A stretch of DNA of 64,000 nt from Octopus vulgaris. Its lineage: Eukaryota. The notes under the pieces are model-generated. The model did no database searches. It was not told the DNA's origin and saw only the letters and a program-made list of their open reading frames with translations. The stretch is from the NCBI GenBank assembly GCA_951406725.2, contig OX597824.1, positions 61,442,001-61,506,000 on the forward strand, given 5' to 3'. The position numbers were made by a program, and so were the translations under genes. This document shows, one piece after another, positions 31,081 to 42,994 of the stretch. Position 1 is the stretch's first letter. Each line of letters starts with the position of its first letter.

Positions 31081-31800
31081 TCACGTTATCAACGTTGGAG
31101 CCACATTCAGAAACAACAACAGTATAATATAAATGTTTTCTCTGCATGCATCGTCATTACTATTAAAAAAATAGTAATAACGTGGTAAAATGACCATAAA
31201 TAAGTTTTGGGGCTGACACCAAAACCATCTAGCATACACCGATGTCACCTTACGTGGTATGTGAATATTGTTAGACAGCAGTATAGTTTTCATTGGAGCA
31301 TTCATTTGCGTTTTTTTCTCTCTAGTCGTATTAGCTGAGCACAACGTCTGTGTGAGCTACCCATGTAATGTTCACTGTTTGTTTCATTTGGGTTGGGGGT
31401 GTTCGAGTATATTGTCTCTATTTTTCTTTCTAATCCTTTTGACAAAAGGTAGTTCCTCTGCTTCTGTTTCAAATATTTAATTTTGGAGAGAATGTTTTGA
31501 TTAAATTTGGCTCTGTTGCTCTTCGGAACTTTGGGTCATCTCTTGAACATTTGTAGAAGTATTGGTAGGTTTGAGATTATAGTGGGGAAAATGTTAGCTA
31601 CCCAAGGATTGTGTGTATTGATAAATAGAATCGTGTGTTCATTAATTTTTTCCTTTGGTGTCCTTAGTTGTCCGATGCTCAGCTTCATCAGCTCTCTAAT
31701 TCCATTGTTTATTAATTCTAAGGGGTATTTCTGTTTTGTTAGGAAGCCTTTGAGCTCGTTTAGTCAGATTTGACGTATTTTGGGTCAATCACTACAGTAG
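31081..31800 (-). pseudogene. Penelope-like element fragment (RT thumb/linker region)
   Basis: Manual translation gives KQKYPLELINNGIRELMKL...FINTHNPWVANIFPTIISNLPIL..KR*PK..RAKF. Confidence 0.65.
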
Positions 31801-31898
31801 AGATACGCCTTTTCAAGAAGGAAAAAATGCTTTGTAATGAAATTTCGAAGGGTTGACCACATCAAATTTAAAAGTGACCTCTCTCCCTCTCTTTCTTC

Positions 31899-31967
<69 letters not shown>

Positions 31968-32241
31968 ATTTCCCCATCCTTTACTTTACTTCCTCTTCCT
32001 TGATCGTCCTGAAACCTCTCTCTCTGTGCCTATTTTCCCCTCCTCTTTGTCTCTTTCCCCTTTTTCCAAAAGAGCAAAAATGTTTTTCTCCTCTTCGAAA
32101 CAAAGCAAAACATCCGATTCATATAACTGAACAAAGAAACATTCTGATTTTATAATTTTGATTTTGTATGGACGAGTTCAATAAACGAACGAAAGCGCTA
32201 ATAAATACTTAACCTAAATTCTGACTGTACTCCTTTTCTCA

Positions 32242-32285
<44 letters not shown>

Positions 32286-32899
32286 TAGGAGGTATTCCAA
32301 AATAACCGGAAACGTTCTCTGTGGTACAGGCCCGTTGGAGTTCAGGCTTCGAGTGAAGTTGTACTGTTACGTAGTGCATGTTTGTTTTGCAGTGATGTTC
32401 TCCTGTTAGTCGATTTTTGCTAAGCTTGGAAGGAAGGGACAGTTAAACTGTATATATATATGACTGTATGGTAAATCCACACGAACAACTACAAGACAGT
32501 GTAGATTTTATTCCACAACTGGAACTTGAGAAGAGTTCGTGAGAAAGTGATGTAACATGTCCAACAATGATATTGATGCTAAACATGGACACCAAGTGGC
32601 AGATTGGTTTGCGGTGGAGAGCTGTTTAATCAACCTCTCTTGATAAGTTATTCATGCAATCTAGAAGGGTGAATGTAAAATTTGGTAGATTCTGAACTCA
32701 GAATTTTAAGGGATTTAACTATGTGTTGTGAAACATTGTGTCTACTGGTTTACGAAGCCTGCTCTTGTGATTTGAATAATACCTATTATTAATTTCTCAC
32801 TTAGCTACAAAACCGCAGATTTTTCTCGGAAGGGAATATCGATTATAAGGACACTAATAATACAGCACAAACAAATATATAAAAAAACATCTCCGTTTA

Positions 32900-33325
32900 T
32901 CAGCTGCCTGTACATCCAGCCTTCCACATGGCCCTGAGAGCAGGGCCCTTTATCGAATCAAGATCAGACAACTGGAAGCATTCCATATCAGATCGTTCCA
33001 AAGTATCCTCATTCTTACGTGGTTGGACAAGGTGTCTTATACCGAAATCCACCTCACGGCTGGGGTCTACAGCGTTGAGACCTGCTTCTTTCGTCGTATT
33101 CTCTGCTGGGTTGACCATGTGACTCGGATGCCGAGTAACCAGCTCCCAAACAGTTCTCTTCAGCGAGATCGAGATTGGAAGTAGGCCTCATGGACGTTCA
33201 ACACTTCGTTTCCTTGATTATCTCAAGTAGTCTCTCATTTTATGCAGTGTCCTTCCCAATCAGTTGGAGGCCTCGGCTGTTAATCGGAAGGCATGGAAGT
33301 CTGTGTCTACTGTTGGGTACACGAC
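32900..33325 (+). pseudogene. RTE-clade LINE 3' fragment
   Basis: Manual translation gives LYRIKIRQLEAFHIRSFQSILILTWLDKVSYTEI...WVDHVTRMPSNQLP. Confidence 0.8.
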
Positions 33326-33919
33326 GGTATGTATATGTATCCATTCAAACTTGTGTATGTATACTGGTCTCTATAGATGCCAATAACATCGTTACACTGC
33401 TTTTTTCCCCACCCCTCCTTCGTTCCTTTTTCTCTCTTTCCCTTTCTTTCGTTCCCCCTCCTTGCTCAGTATATGAGAATTGCTACATAGATGAATTTTA
33501 GCTTGCGTGCGAGACGGTTTGCGTGAATATATGTACACATGCTTTTATGTGTATATTTAGACTTATATTCATACGTCTGTATATGTATGTATGGCGTTTA
33601 CGCGCATCCTTTTGTGTATGTTGATATATATATGTAGATTTTAATATAAATATGTATTGCAGTATTTATAACGGGTTTAATTTCTATGCATTAATTTGCA
33701 CTGTCTTCATTAACGTCAATAGGTTTTTTCCTCGGATTTTATAATTTTTATAAGTTTTTTATATATATATACATATAATTTTGACCTTTTTGTTTATCGC
33801 TCGAAGATTGACCGTTTTTTCTAAAGGGCCAATCAAACAAGTCCATTTCTTTTTAAAGGTGTAGCGTTTATGGAAGAGTATAGATTGACATTGATATATC
33901 AGTTCCATTCTAGCAAAAA

Positions 33920-33957
33920 CTGTCTGATGAACGGCAACGAGAAACTCAGAGTAACAG
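33920..33957 (+). ncRNA. Minimal type I hammerhead motif with canonical core
   Basis: CTGT-CTGATGA-ACG(GCAA)CGA-GAAAC-TCAGA-GTA-ACAG. One mismatch at the base of helix II. Confidence 0.7.
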
Positions 33958-33982
33958 ATTTTGTTTGAATTTTGTCTGTGTG

Positions 33983-34065
<83 letters not shown>

Positions 34066-34094
34066 CATATGTATATTTATGTATATATCTATAC

Positions 34095-34622
34095 ATATAA
34101 ATTAACAGTTATCGCCAAGCTAGTATGGCAGTCCAGAAATATTAGACTAAAGCTGCCGTTGTTTAGCTCCAAGAGGCCATCGCCTCTAGCTAGCTATATG
34201 ACACACGAACCTATGTCCATTACAACCTTCGAACAGGGGAGACCAGCCGTTTCCCCTTGCTGGTCAGGCATCTGCAGACATGCAGAGAGACTTGAAAATT
34301 TTAATATTTCTATTTTTGAAAACCAGTGGATGTATTCCACTGAAATTAGGTAAATAATCCTTCGAACAGACGGTCAGCAGCGACGCCTGGTGTGTTTGGC
34401 TACTCTGCATTGATAAAGGGTAAATACCCTGAAACATGTGTGCAGATGCCTGGCCACTAAGGGGAAGCGGCTGATATCCCCTGTTCGAAGGTTATAATGG
34501 GCACAGGTTCGTGTATCATAGAATTAGCTATAGCGATGGCCTCTTGGAGCTAATCAACGGCAGCTTTAGGCTTATATTTATGGACTGCCATATTAGCTTG
34601 GCGATAACTGTTAATTTTGTAT
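34095..34622. repeat. Fold-back element (arms ~34095-34282 and ~34435-34622)
   Basis: aattaacagttatcgccaagcta... is the reverse complement of ...tagcttggcgataactgttaatt. Confidence 0.9.
34404..34446 (+). ncRNA. Minimal type I hammerhead motif, U3-A8 variant; cleavage triplet mutated to GUG
   Basis: TCTGCA-TTGATAA-AGGGT(AAAT)ACCCT-GAAAC-AT-GTG-TGCAGA. The other arm (34271-34282) retains GTC. Confidence 0.65.
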
Positions 34623-34947
34623 ATATATAAATATAGACATACATACGCATGCATACATACACACATACAAGCATACACCATCTTACATGTGTATTATATA
34701 TATATATATATATAATCAAATAGGGATAGAAATTGATATTAATCAGTGGCCTAGCATATTTTAAAACAATCCGGATATTAAATTTTTTTTTACATACAAC
34801 ATTTAGATAACTGTCCACTTTTAGTGGTCAGTTCTTAAAATTTTGTATATATATATATATATATATATTTTAAATATATATTTTAGTTTTGACCGCATTG
34901 GTCCCTCTTAGCGTGTTGGTATCTACGAATAGTAGTACCTCAATATA

Positions 34948-34987
<40 letters not shown>

Positions 34988-35336
34988 GGAAGCAAAATAT
35001 AAAAGTTATAAAATCACAGGTGGCAGTTGAATGTTGCTACTTGTTTAGCCCCAGGCACCCTTCATATATATGACACTCTGCACCTTTTATATACAATGCA
35101 TGGCTAGCAGGGGAATCGAACCTTTAGAACATTCCAGCAGCTAACGGGTTAGCGGGATGACTCAGTTTTGTGCTGTTTAGCTCATCCTCAACCCCGAGCA
35201 CCTGCGCACTGGAGTGATCAGCTCGTTCCCGCTGCTAGCGATATTGTATATAAACGATGCAGAGCATTGTACCGAAAACCAGCAGCACCATTGAACTGCC
35301 ACATTGATTTGGCGACTCGCCTTACTACATGCACAC

Positions 35337-35540
<204 letters not shown>

Positions 35541-36194
35541 GAATGGCTATGACATTTTGGGTATTGGTATTTTTCGGATAATGGGAAACTGATGGAAATA
35601 GTAAAAGAAAGCGAAAATAGAAACGAATACGTGATTCCACATAAGAAACCCTTGAGCTGCTGGTTGACCGGGAATATGAAGTAAGGTTGTGTAGTACTTT
35701 TGGGCAGGAGAGTGAACATTAGAGGACAGGTATGTGTCTCTCTGCGTGTTGGTGTGTTTTGTATATGTTCGTTGGTCTGAGAAGTGTGGCGATATGGCTT
35801 TTGTGTGCGTCGTACATTGTGTGTAATGTTTGACTGTATGTGTTCCTCTGTGAAGTTATGTTATACGTGTATGACCGTTTGTCTGTACGCGTGTGTGTAT
35901 TGTTTTCTCTTTACTTATTCCTACTCACATGTAAAGTAAGAAAAATAACTGACAAAAGCAGGAATATGGATACCAATGACTAATCTCTCCACCATATTTC
36001 CAACGTCAAAAGCTGCAAATATCTCAAAGTTCATGAAGATATTGCATATGTTAGTACTGTCAGGAAAGCTAAAATGATAAAAAATTACATCAGCAGACAG
36101 CGGAAGCTATAGTAGCCATAGATGTCTATTTAATAAGAACATATACCATAACACTTTTGCAATACCAGATCTGTTACTAATATTTGGTAAACTG

Positions 36195-36388
36195 AAGCTA
36201 GCGTTCCGGGGAAATTGCATAGCGGCATTTCCTCCATCTGTGCGTTCTGAGATCAAATGAACGCCGCCGAGGTCGACTTTGCTTTTAAGGGGTCGATACA
36301 TTAAGTACCAGTTGAGTACTGGGGTCGATGTAATTGACCTATCGCTTCCCCGAAATGTCTGGCTTTGAGCCAAAATTTGAAACCAATA
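36195..36388 (+). mobile_element. SINE family B
   Basis: Contains cgccgaggtcgactttgc, ggggtcgata..ttaagtaccagttg and ccaaaatttgaaaccaat. Confidence 0.8.
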
Positions 36389-36778
36389 CTTGGTAAATTG
36401 GACAATTTGGTAAATAAAGATATACGCAACAAAGATATGACAACAAGGAAGATATTATCACCCACTGGTAACTTCCATGGCATCAGTGGCCTTGGCAGAA
36501 ATTATGATTGGCAGGGAGACGGATGTAGAGGCATTAAGTTAGTCTAAATGATTTATATGTTGATTTATATCACAGACAACATCTGCTGAACAATACGGAA
36601 AAATGAATGAATCAAATATGCACTCATTGAAAAAAAAAATCTGAAGGGATGATAAAAATACTCCTCAGTAGGGTTTCGTAGTGTACAGCTACCCTGTGAC
36701 AAAGGAGTAGATGGATTTATCTACATAAACAGATATTTTAGGGAAGGACAATCATTATATCAGTAGAAAATTATGCAT

Positions 36779-36870
<92 letters not shown>

Positions 36871-37003
36871 AGCAAATTAAAAGTGACCAATAACGTTGAC
36901 AGGTTAATGTAGCTACTGCATGATACATCACATTCCAGAGAAAAGGGTATTCGGCTTTGCTGCGCAGAAACAATAAATTTGATAACTATACAACTCATCA
37001 ATA

Positions 37004-37050
<47 letters not shown>

Positions 37051-37655
37051 ACACACACACTTATATTTTTGAGCTCTTATAAAGACACACATAACATGTA
37101 TACAATAAGAGCCATGCTGGGAAAATAGTTTACTTACGTTGTCGTCGTGATTACACAGGCTAGCTAAAGAGAATAGTTTCCCCCATCTGTCTGTCTATCT
37201 AGCAATATTTCGGACTATCTATCTATGGGTATGCATTCACACATGAATGTATGTATGTATGTACATACATATAAATAATATGTATGTATGTGTGTGTGAG
37301 TGTGTGTGTGTATACATGCATCACACTCCCTCCATTCTCTATTCTGTATATATGTGCGTGAATGAGTGAATCGAGCAGGGTTGTGTTAACACGCGTTTGC
37401 AAACAGCAAATAGTGTTTATATAAAATACTAACGTAGACGTATAAGCTTAACTTTATCCATATTAATATGAAGTTCTATATTCAATATGTAAATGATATT
37501 CTAAAAACATTCATATATTCCATACGGAAATTATTTATTCCAAGTGCAATTTATATTCTAAATGTTTTCCTTTGTCCCCCACTTTATCCAAAATTCTTTT
37601 TTTATTTTTCATATATATATATATATACGTATATACATACATACATACACATACA

Positions 37656-37749
<94 letters not shown>

Positions 37750-37897
37750 TATATATATATATAAGTTTGTATATATATATATATATGCATATATATACAC
37801 ATATGTACATACGTAAATATTGATATCTACACGGATACACAAGCGAATGCATGTGTATATGTACATTTTTACATGAATAAACTTACAATAACATACA

Positions 37898-37967
<70 letters not shown>

Positions 37968-38135
37968 TCATATATATTTGCGTACATATGTATAGATCCA
38001 TATGTGCATGTAATTAAACAGACAATATACCCGTAAGTGTGTGTGTGTATATATATATATAGGGGGTCACACACACACAAATATATGTATATATATATAT
38101 ATAATTATATATATATACATATACATATATAAATA

Positions 38136-38278
38136 CTCTATTTAAAAGCTCCAGAAATGTAACAAAAGCTGTTACTTAGAGTTTCACGTTCCCGTTCGTC
38201 GGGAAACTGTCCGACGAACGGGAACGTGAAACTCTGAGTAACTGCTTTTGTTATATTTCTGCTGCTTTTAAATAAAGC
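38136..38278. ncRNA. Near-perfect hairpin made of two head-to-head minimal hammerhead motifs (same family as 33920)
   Basis: Plus 38207-38244: CTGT-CCGACGA-ACG(GGAA)CGT-GAAAC-TCTGA-GTA-ACTG. The minus copy at 38169-38202 ends GTA-ACAG. Confidence 0.7.
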
Positions 38279-38344
38279 ATATTACTCTAACTGGTATTTG
38301 AGTAATCTTTTTTCCACCTTGTTTCATATTTATGCGCTTACTCC

Positions 38345-38423
<79 letters not shown>

Positions 38424-38454
38424 ATATATATACATGACTATATTGATTTTTTTT

Positions 38455-38718
38455 CAAAATCGAAATCAAAATCAAAATCAAAATCAAAATCGAAATCGAT
38501 CAACATCAATGGAATTTGTAGCTGTGATACCAGTGCCGGTGGCACGTAAGAGAACCATCCGAACGTGGCCGTAGCCAGCGCCTCCCTGACTGGCCTCCGT
38601 GCAGGTGGCACGTAAAAAGCACCATCTGATCTGGTGCAGCCTTCTGGTTTCTCAGACCCCAGTTGAACCGTCCAACCCATGCTAGCATGGATAGCGGACG
38701 TTAAACGATGATGATGAC
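38455..38718 (+). mobile_element. SINE-like element with (AAAATC)n head, internal ggtggcacgtaa duplication and (GAT)n tail
   Basis: Ends gttgaaccgtccaacccatgctagcatgga..cggacgttaaacgatgatgatga. Confidence 0.65.
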
Positions 38719-39480
38719 TACATTGCCCAATGTGTTAGCCTTTCTTTTTCCATGATAGAACGGTATTATCTGAAAAAATATTTGGCTGTTGTTGCTAGCA
38801 AATCGAGTGCCCACTTAAAAAGTACTCTTTATCATTGGTCGAAAGTAAATTTATGTGTTGATGGTTTATGTTGAGAAATATGTTTTGACGAGAGAATCTT
38901 ATTTCAGCATTAAAATGTCTTAATGTCTAGACAATACCAAGATTGATAGAATCTATGATAGAATCGACAGAGGAAGATATTAATGCATAAATTAACAAAT
39001 AAGATATATGATAGCCTCATTATATCTCCATTTTGAAGAAATTTAGCTAAGGACATTTCGCTAGCCTTGAAAATAACCATTGACTGATGACTTCTACTCT
39101 GTGCATGCATGAGTAAATGCGCGTACGCATTTACGTACATTCAATGTATACCAGTGCGTGTGTCTGCTTTTTCTGTATCTCCGTACATTGATTGATAAGC
39201 TGAGTCGTTAAGAAATTCGCTTCGATATCATGAGACAGCAAATTCGACCCCACTGTATAGAGTCTTGAGCCAGTGTTTGCCCTGTAGCCTCTGTCTGATC
39301 CATACTATGAGAGTGAAAACGGGTTGATTGAAACTGTGTAGAAACCCGTCAGAATAGATTGAATCTGTAGAATCAAAGGTTCAATCCACCCGGCGGGCTT
39401 CCACACAGTCTCCCTCAACTGAAATGGTTAGCCTTGTCACGTCTCTGCCCGGGGTTACATTAATTGTACACTTCTCTATG

Positions 39481-39885
39481 GTTGTTGTTGTTGTTGGCAT
39501 CCTTTTGTCTCGGGAGATAATGGAGTTGCGCATAAACTAATCCAGTCTGAATTTTATATTTCCTGTCCTCTCTAGTTTCCTCTTCAGTCTTGCGCAGGCC
39601 TGGGCAAGATGTAAGAAAATCCTGGGTAGCCCTATCGTCAGGATTCCTTTCTCGACTTTGCTGACGTAGTCCAAAAGACTGCAAAGCATTACGTTTGGCA
39701 CCAGCTTGGTTGCAGGGGCTGCCAGAAGAGTGTCAAGTTGAACACTAAACCTCCTACGGGGTTCCACTCCGAATTTCTTTGAAGGTTGTTTCCTTTCCGT
39801 AACCCTGGATAGGGGCCCATACCGGGTACTGTCAACAGGAGCCAGCTGAGCCCGGGACTCGTCTCAGGCAGGGTTGTCACTCTCT
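39481..39885 (-). mobile_element. Unclassified GC-richer retroposon with (CAA)n tail
   Basis: GC-richer island whose minus strand ends gatgccaacaacaacaacaac. No clear protein motif. Confidence 0.4.
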
Positions 39886-40314
39886 GAAGTAGTGAAGAAA
39901 ATCGCTAACCACTACTTATGGTATACTCAGCCAATTATACTGAAGTTGGTATAACGACTGGAATACCCATCGTCGAAATCGACCGAGATCTATCTATTCT
40001 GCGACACTATGTTGGGCGAATATTGAATACATGTGCTTGTTGGAAATTGTTTATGTATTTTTGTTGTTTGATTTATAGTTTAGGAATAGAGAAATACGTT
40101 CTATATTTGTATAGCAAAAACATTAAAATTACTTTTAATGAAAAAAGTTTTTAAATGTCAGTTAATGAACACATGATCTACAAGAAATGACGGCTATTTT
40201 AAAATGTTTAAATAAATTCTTGAAAAGAAGATGAAAGAAAAATAGAACACAGGACATCTATAGGAAATGGAGAAAAAAACAGAAAAACAATTTGAGGTAA
40301 ATAGGAAGTAAGGG

Positions 40315-40360
<46 letters not shown>

Positions 40361-41237
40361 AACAACAACAACAACAACAATAATATGAAATCGCTGTATG
40401 TGTTTAAATTGTTCAACCTGGAAAACGTCCAAGTAGAATTATTTAAGCTTACTATTTTTAAAATTTAGATCATATTGATAGAAAAAAAATGTAAATTACA
40501 TATTTGATGTCCATTGAATACACTCTTCTCGACTGCAACACAAAATATAACCGGTTATATAATAAAATAGCAACAATACATAACACTGTTAACGCTTGGG
40601 CAATTTTTATAAGAGAATTATCTCCCTTACACACTGCCTTCGGGTTTTAATATAATGAACAGAGTGGCATACAGATTCATTCAGGCAAACACAGATTACG
40701 TTTCATATATACACACGCGCGCATGCATATACGCGGGTATGCGCACACACACGCGCACCCGCATACAGGAATGTGAGTCATAAATGAGAGATTTATTAAA
40801 CATATATTTAGATATGGTGTGATGCAAGCTCTATTTTTGTAGGGGGATTATAGAACGGGTGAGGGTTTATTTTTGGGCGATATGATACCAGCGTCATTTG
40901 GACAGTATTGATGGAATATTTTCCACATTATACAAATCTAGTTGCGTTTATAGTGATATTGGAAAAAAATAGTGTTTGAAAATGTCGAGGCGATCCAAAT
41001 GCCAAGGCCTGCCATGCTATTTTGTTTTGTTTTATGATCGATTTCCAATTTGCTTCAATTCTCCCAATGTTTTCCCTCCTATAAGGAAACCTCAGTGAGC
41101 AGGAGTATTCAAAGCGTGATTTGGCAACTGTTGAGAAGAGAACGATGTTGGTTGGTATCAAGATCTTTAAACTGGAAAGTTCTAAGGATGCATGAATACA
41201 GGCTGTAGACCACAACGACTTTATTCCATCACACTAA

Positions 41238-41610
41238 TCCTTTTACTCCTTTACTCCTTTACCTGTTTCAGCCCTTTGACTGCGGCCATGCTAGAGCACC
41301 GCCTTGAAAGGTCTTAGTCGAACAAATCGACCCCAGCACCCATCTTTGAAACCCAGTACTTATTCTATCGGTTTCTTTTGTCATACCGCTCAGTTACGAG
41401 CATGTAAACACGCTGATACCGGTTTCCAAGCGGTGATGGGGGACAAAAACAGACACAAAGACACACACGTAGTTCCCATCTACCAAATCCACTCACAAGT
41501 CTTTGGTCGGCCCGAGGCTATAATAGAAGACTACTAGAAGCCCAAGGTACCATCAGTGGGACTGAACCCGGAAAAATGTGGTTGAGAATCGAGCTTCTTA
41601 ACACACAGAG
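41238..41610 (-). mobile_element. tRNA-derived SINE family A, near full length
   Basis: (cttttactc) tail, gactgcggccatgct, and gggactgaaccc (B-box on the minus strand). Confidence 0.88.
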
Positions 41611-42309
41611 CTACACATGAAGTTCTCATCGGTCACATACATCCTTGTTTACTTTCTGAAGCTTATTGTTACCAGCAAAATTTATTCTATTTTACTGCAT
41701 ACCTCATCAGTTACCTAGTAATAATTTTGTCACAAATTTTACAATAAATTTTACGATAAACAATATCGTTCATTAAAGCTAGTAATTTACTCACAATTCT
41801 CTTCTCGTAGACTCTGAGGCAATATCCCAAAGTTAATGAATCTTTTCACTTTGACACTACTCATCTAATATGTCTGAACATTTAGGTTCTATGCCAATTA
41901 GGAATATCATAATTGTAATGAAAAAGCAATAATGAAAAAGTTACAAACCCATAAAAAACAAAATTTGCTTCAATATCAGCCAATCAAGTGAAACTAATCT
42001 CGATACTTCCCAAGGTGAAATTGCTGTATGTGCTCACAGTAGCATGCTGAAATGGATGCTACGACTTTCGACTTCGTATGGTGCAAAACGCAAAACGTTA
42101 ACGATTAAATTTCGATTTACGTGATATTTTCTGGATGTAAATCAATATTTTGAGCGATTGTTAAAGTCTAAACGATAAAGCAAAATTTGAAAGACCAGTG
42201 AGAAACAACAGGTTCAAGAATTATACAAGATGATATTCTTGTTTGAGTCTAAGAAGATTATCAATTGAAGACCTCTAACTTCTGCATGATTTGTTTGTTC
42301 GTTTTTAAG

Positions 42310-42905
42310 TAGTTTTCGTTTTTTGACACGATCATCCATGTAGAGCGAATGGTTAATTTTCCTCTTACTATTTCTGAACCGATACCTTCTTTAATACTAA
42401 AGTGAGGGGGATCAAAAATAAGACAAATATTAAAGGGAGTAAAGAGTCTCCTTGGAAAATTCCTCTTTTGCATTCAATTTTTCCTAAGACTTTGTCACTT
42501 GAATAGAGATCTACTTTCCATTTCTTCATGCTAAAGGTGATTAATTGTCTAATACTGTCTGCTATACTGAATATACTACCATGTAAACTACAAGATTTCT
42601 TTAGCCAGCACACTTGAATTAAACCTGGTCTAGGGCCTTTCCAATTCGGTATTTTTACAAACACTACTCATTAATGAAGTAGTTAAACTGAGATCTGGCT
42701 GCTTCGCACTCACAGCTTCTTCCCCCACTTTCTTTAGCCACACTGCATCTCCATTATGATTGACTGCCTTAACTCAAATATTACGCTCACACTTTCTAAC
42801 TTCTTCTGCATTAAGTATCTCATCTTCTGTACTTTCTTCTCTCCTATTTATTTGGTTATAAAATATCCACTGGCCTGGTTAAAAAATCCTACACTGTTGC
42901 TACTG
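42310..42905 (-). pseudogene. R4/Dong-type non-LTR retrotransposon fragment, internally deleted
   Basis: PNWKGPRPGLIQVCWLKK and RGIFQGDSLLPLIFVLFLIPLTLVL; paralog of 44500-45290. Confidence 0.85.
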
Positions 42906-42907
42906 AT

Positions 42908-42990
42908 TTCTTCTTCTTCTTCTTCTTCTTCTTCTTCTTCTTCTTCTTCTTCTTCTTCTTCTTCTTCTTCTTCTTCTTCTTCTTCTTCTT
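42908..42990. repeat. (TTC)n microsatellite between two RLE elements
   Basis: Direct inspection. Confidence 0.97.
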
Positions 42991-42994
42991 CTCA

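Noticed and set aside
33795-33846. TCGAAGA-TTGACC...GGCCAA-TCAAAC-AA-GTC, HHR-like
   Set aside because: GAAA is broken and helix I is absent; too degenerate to call.
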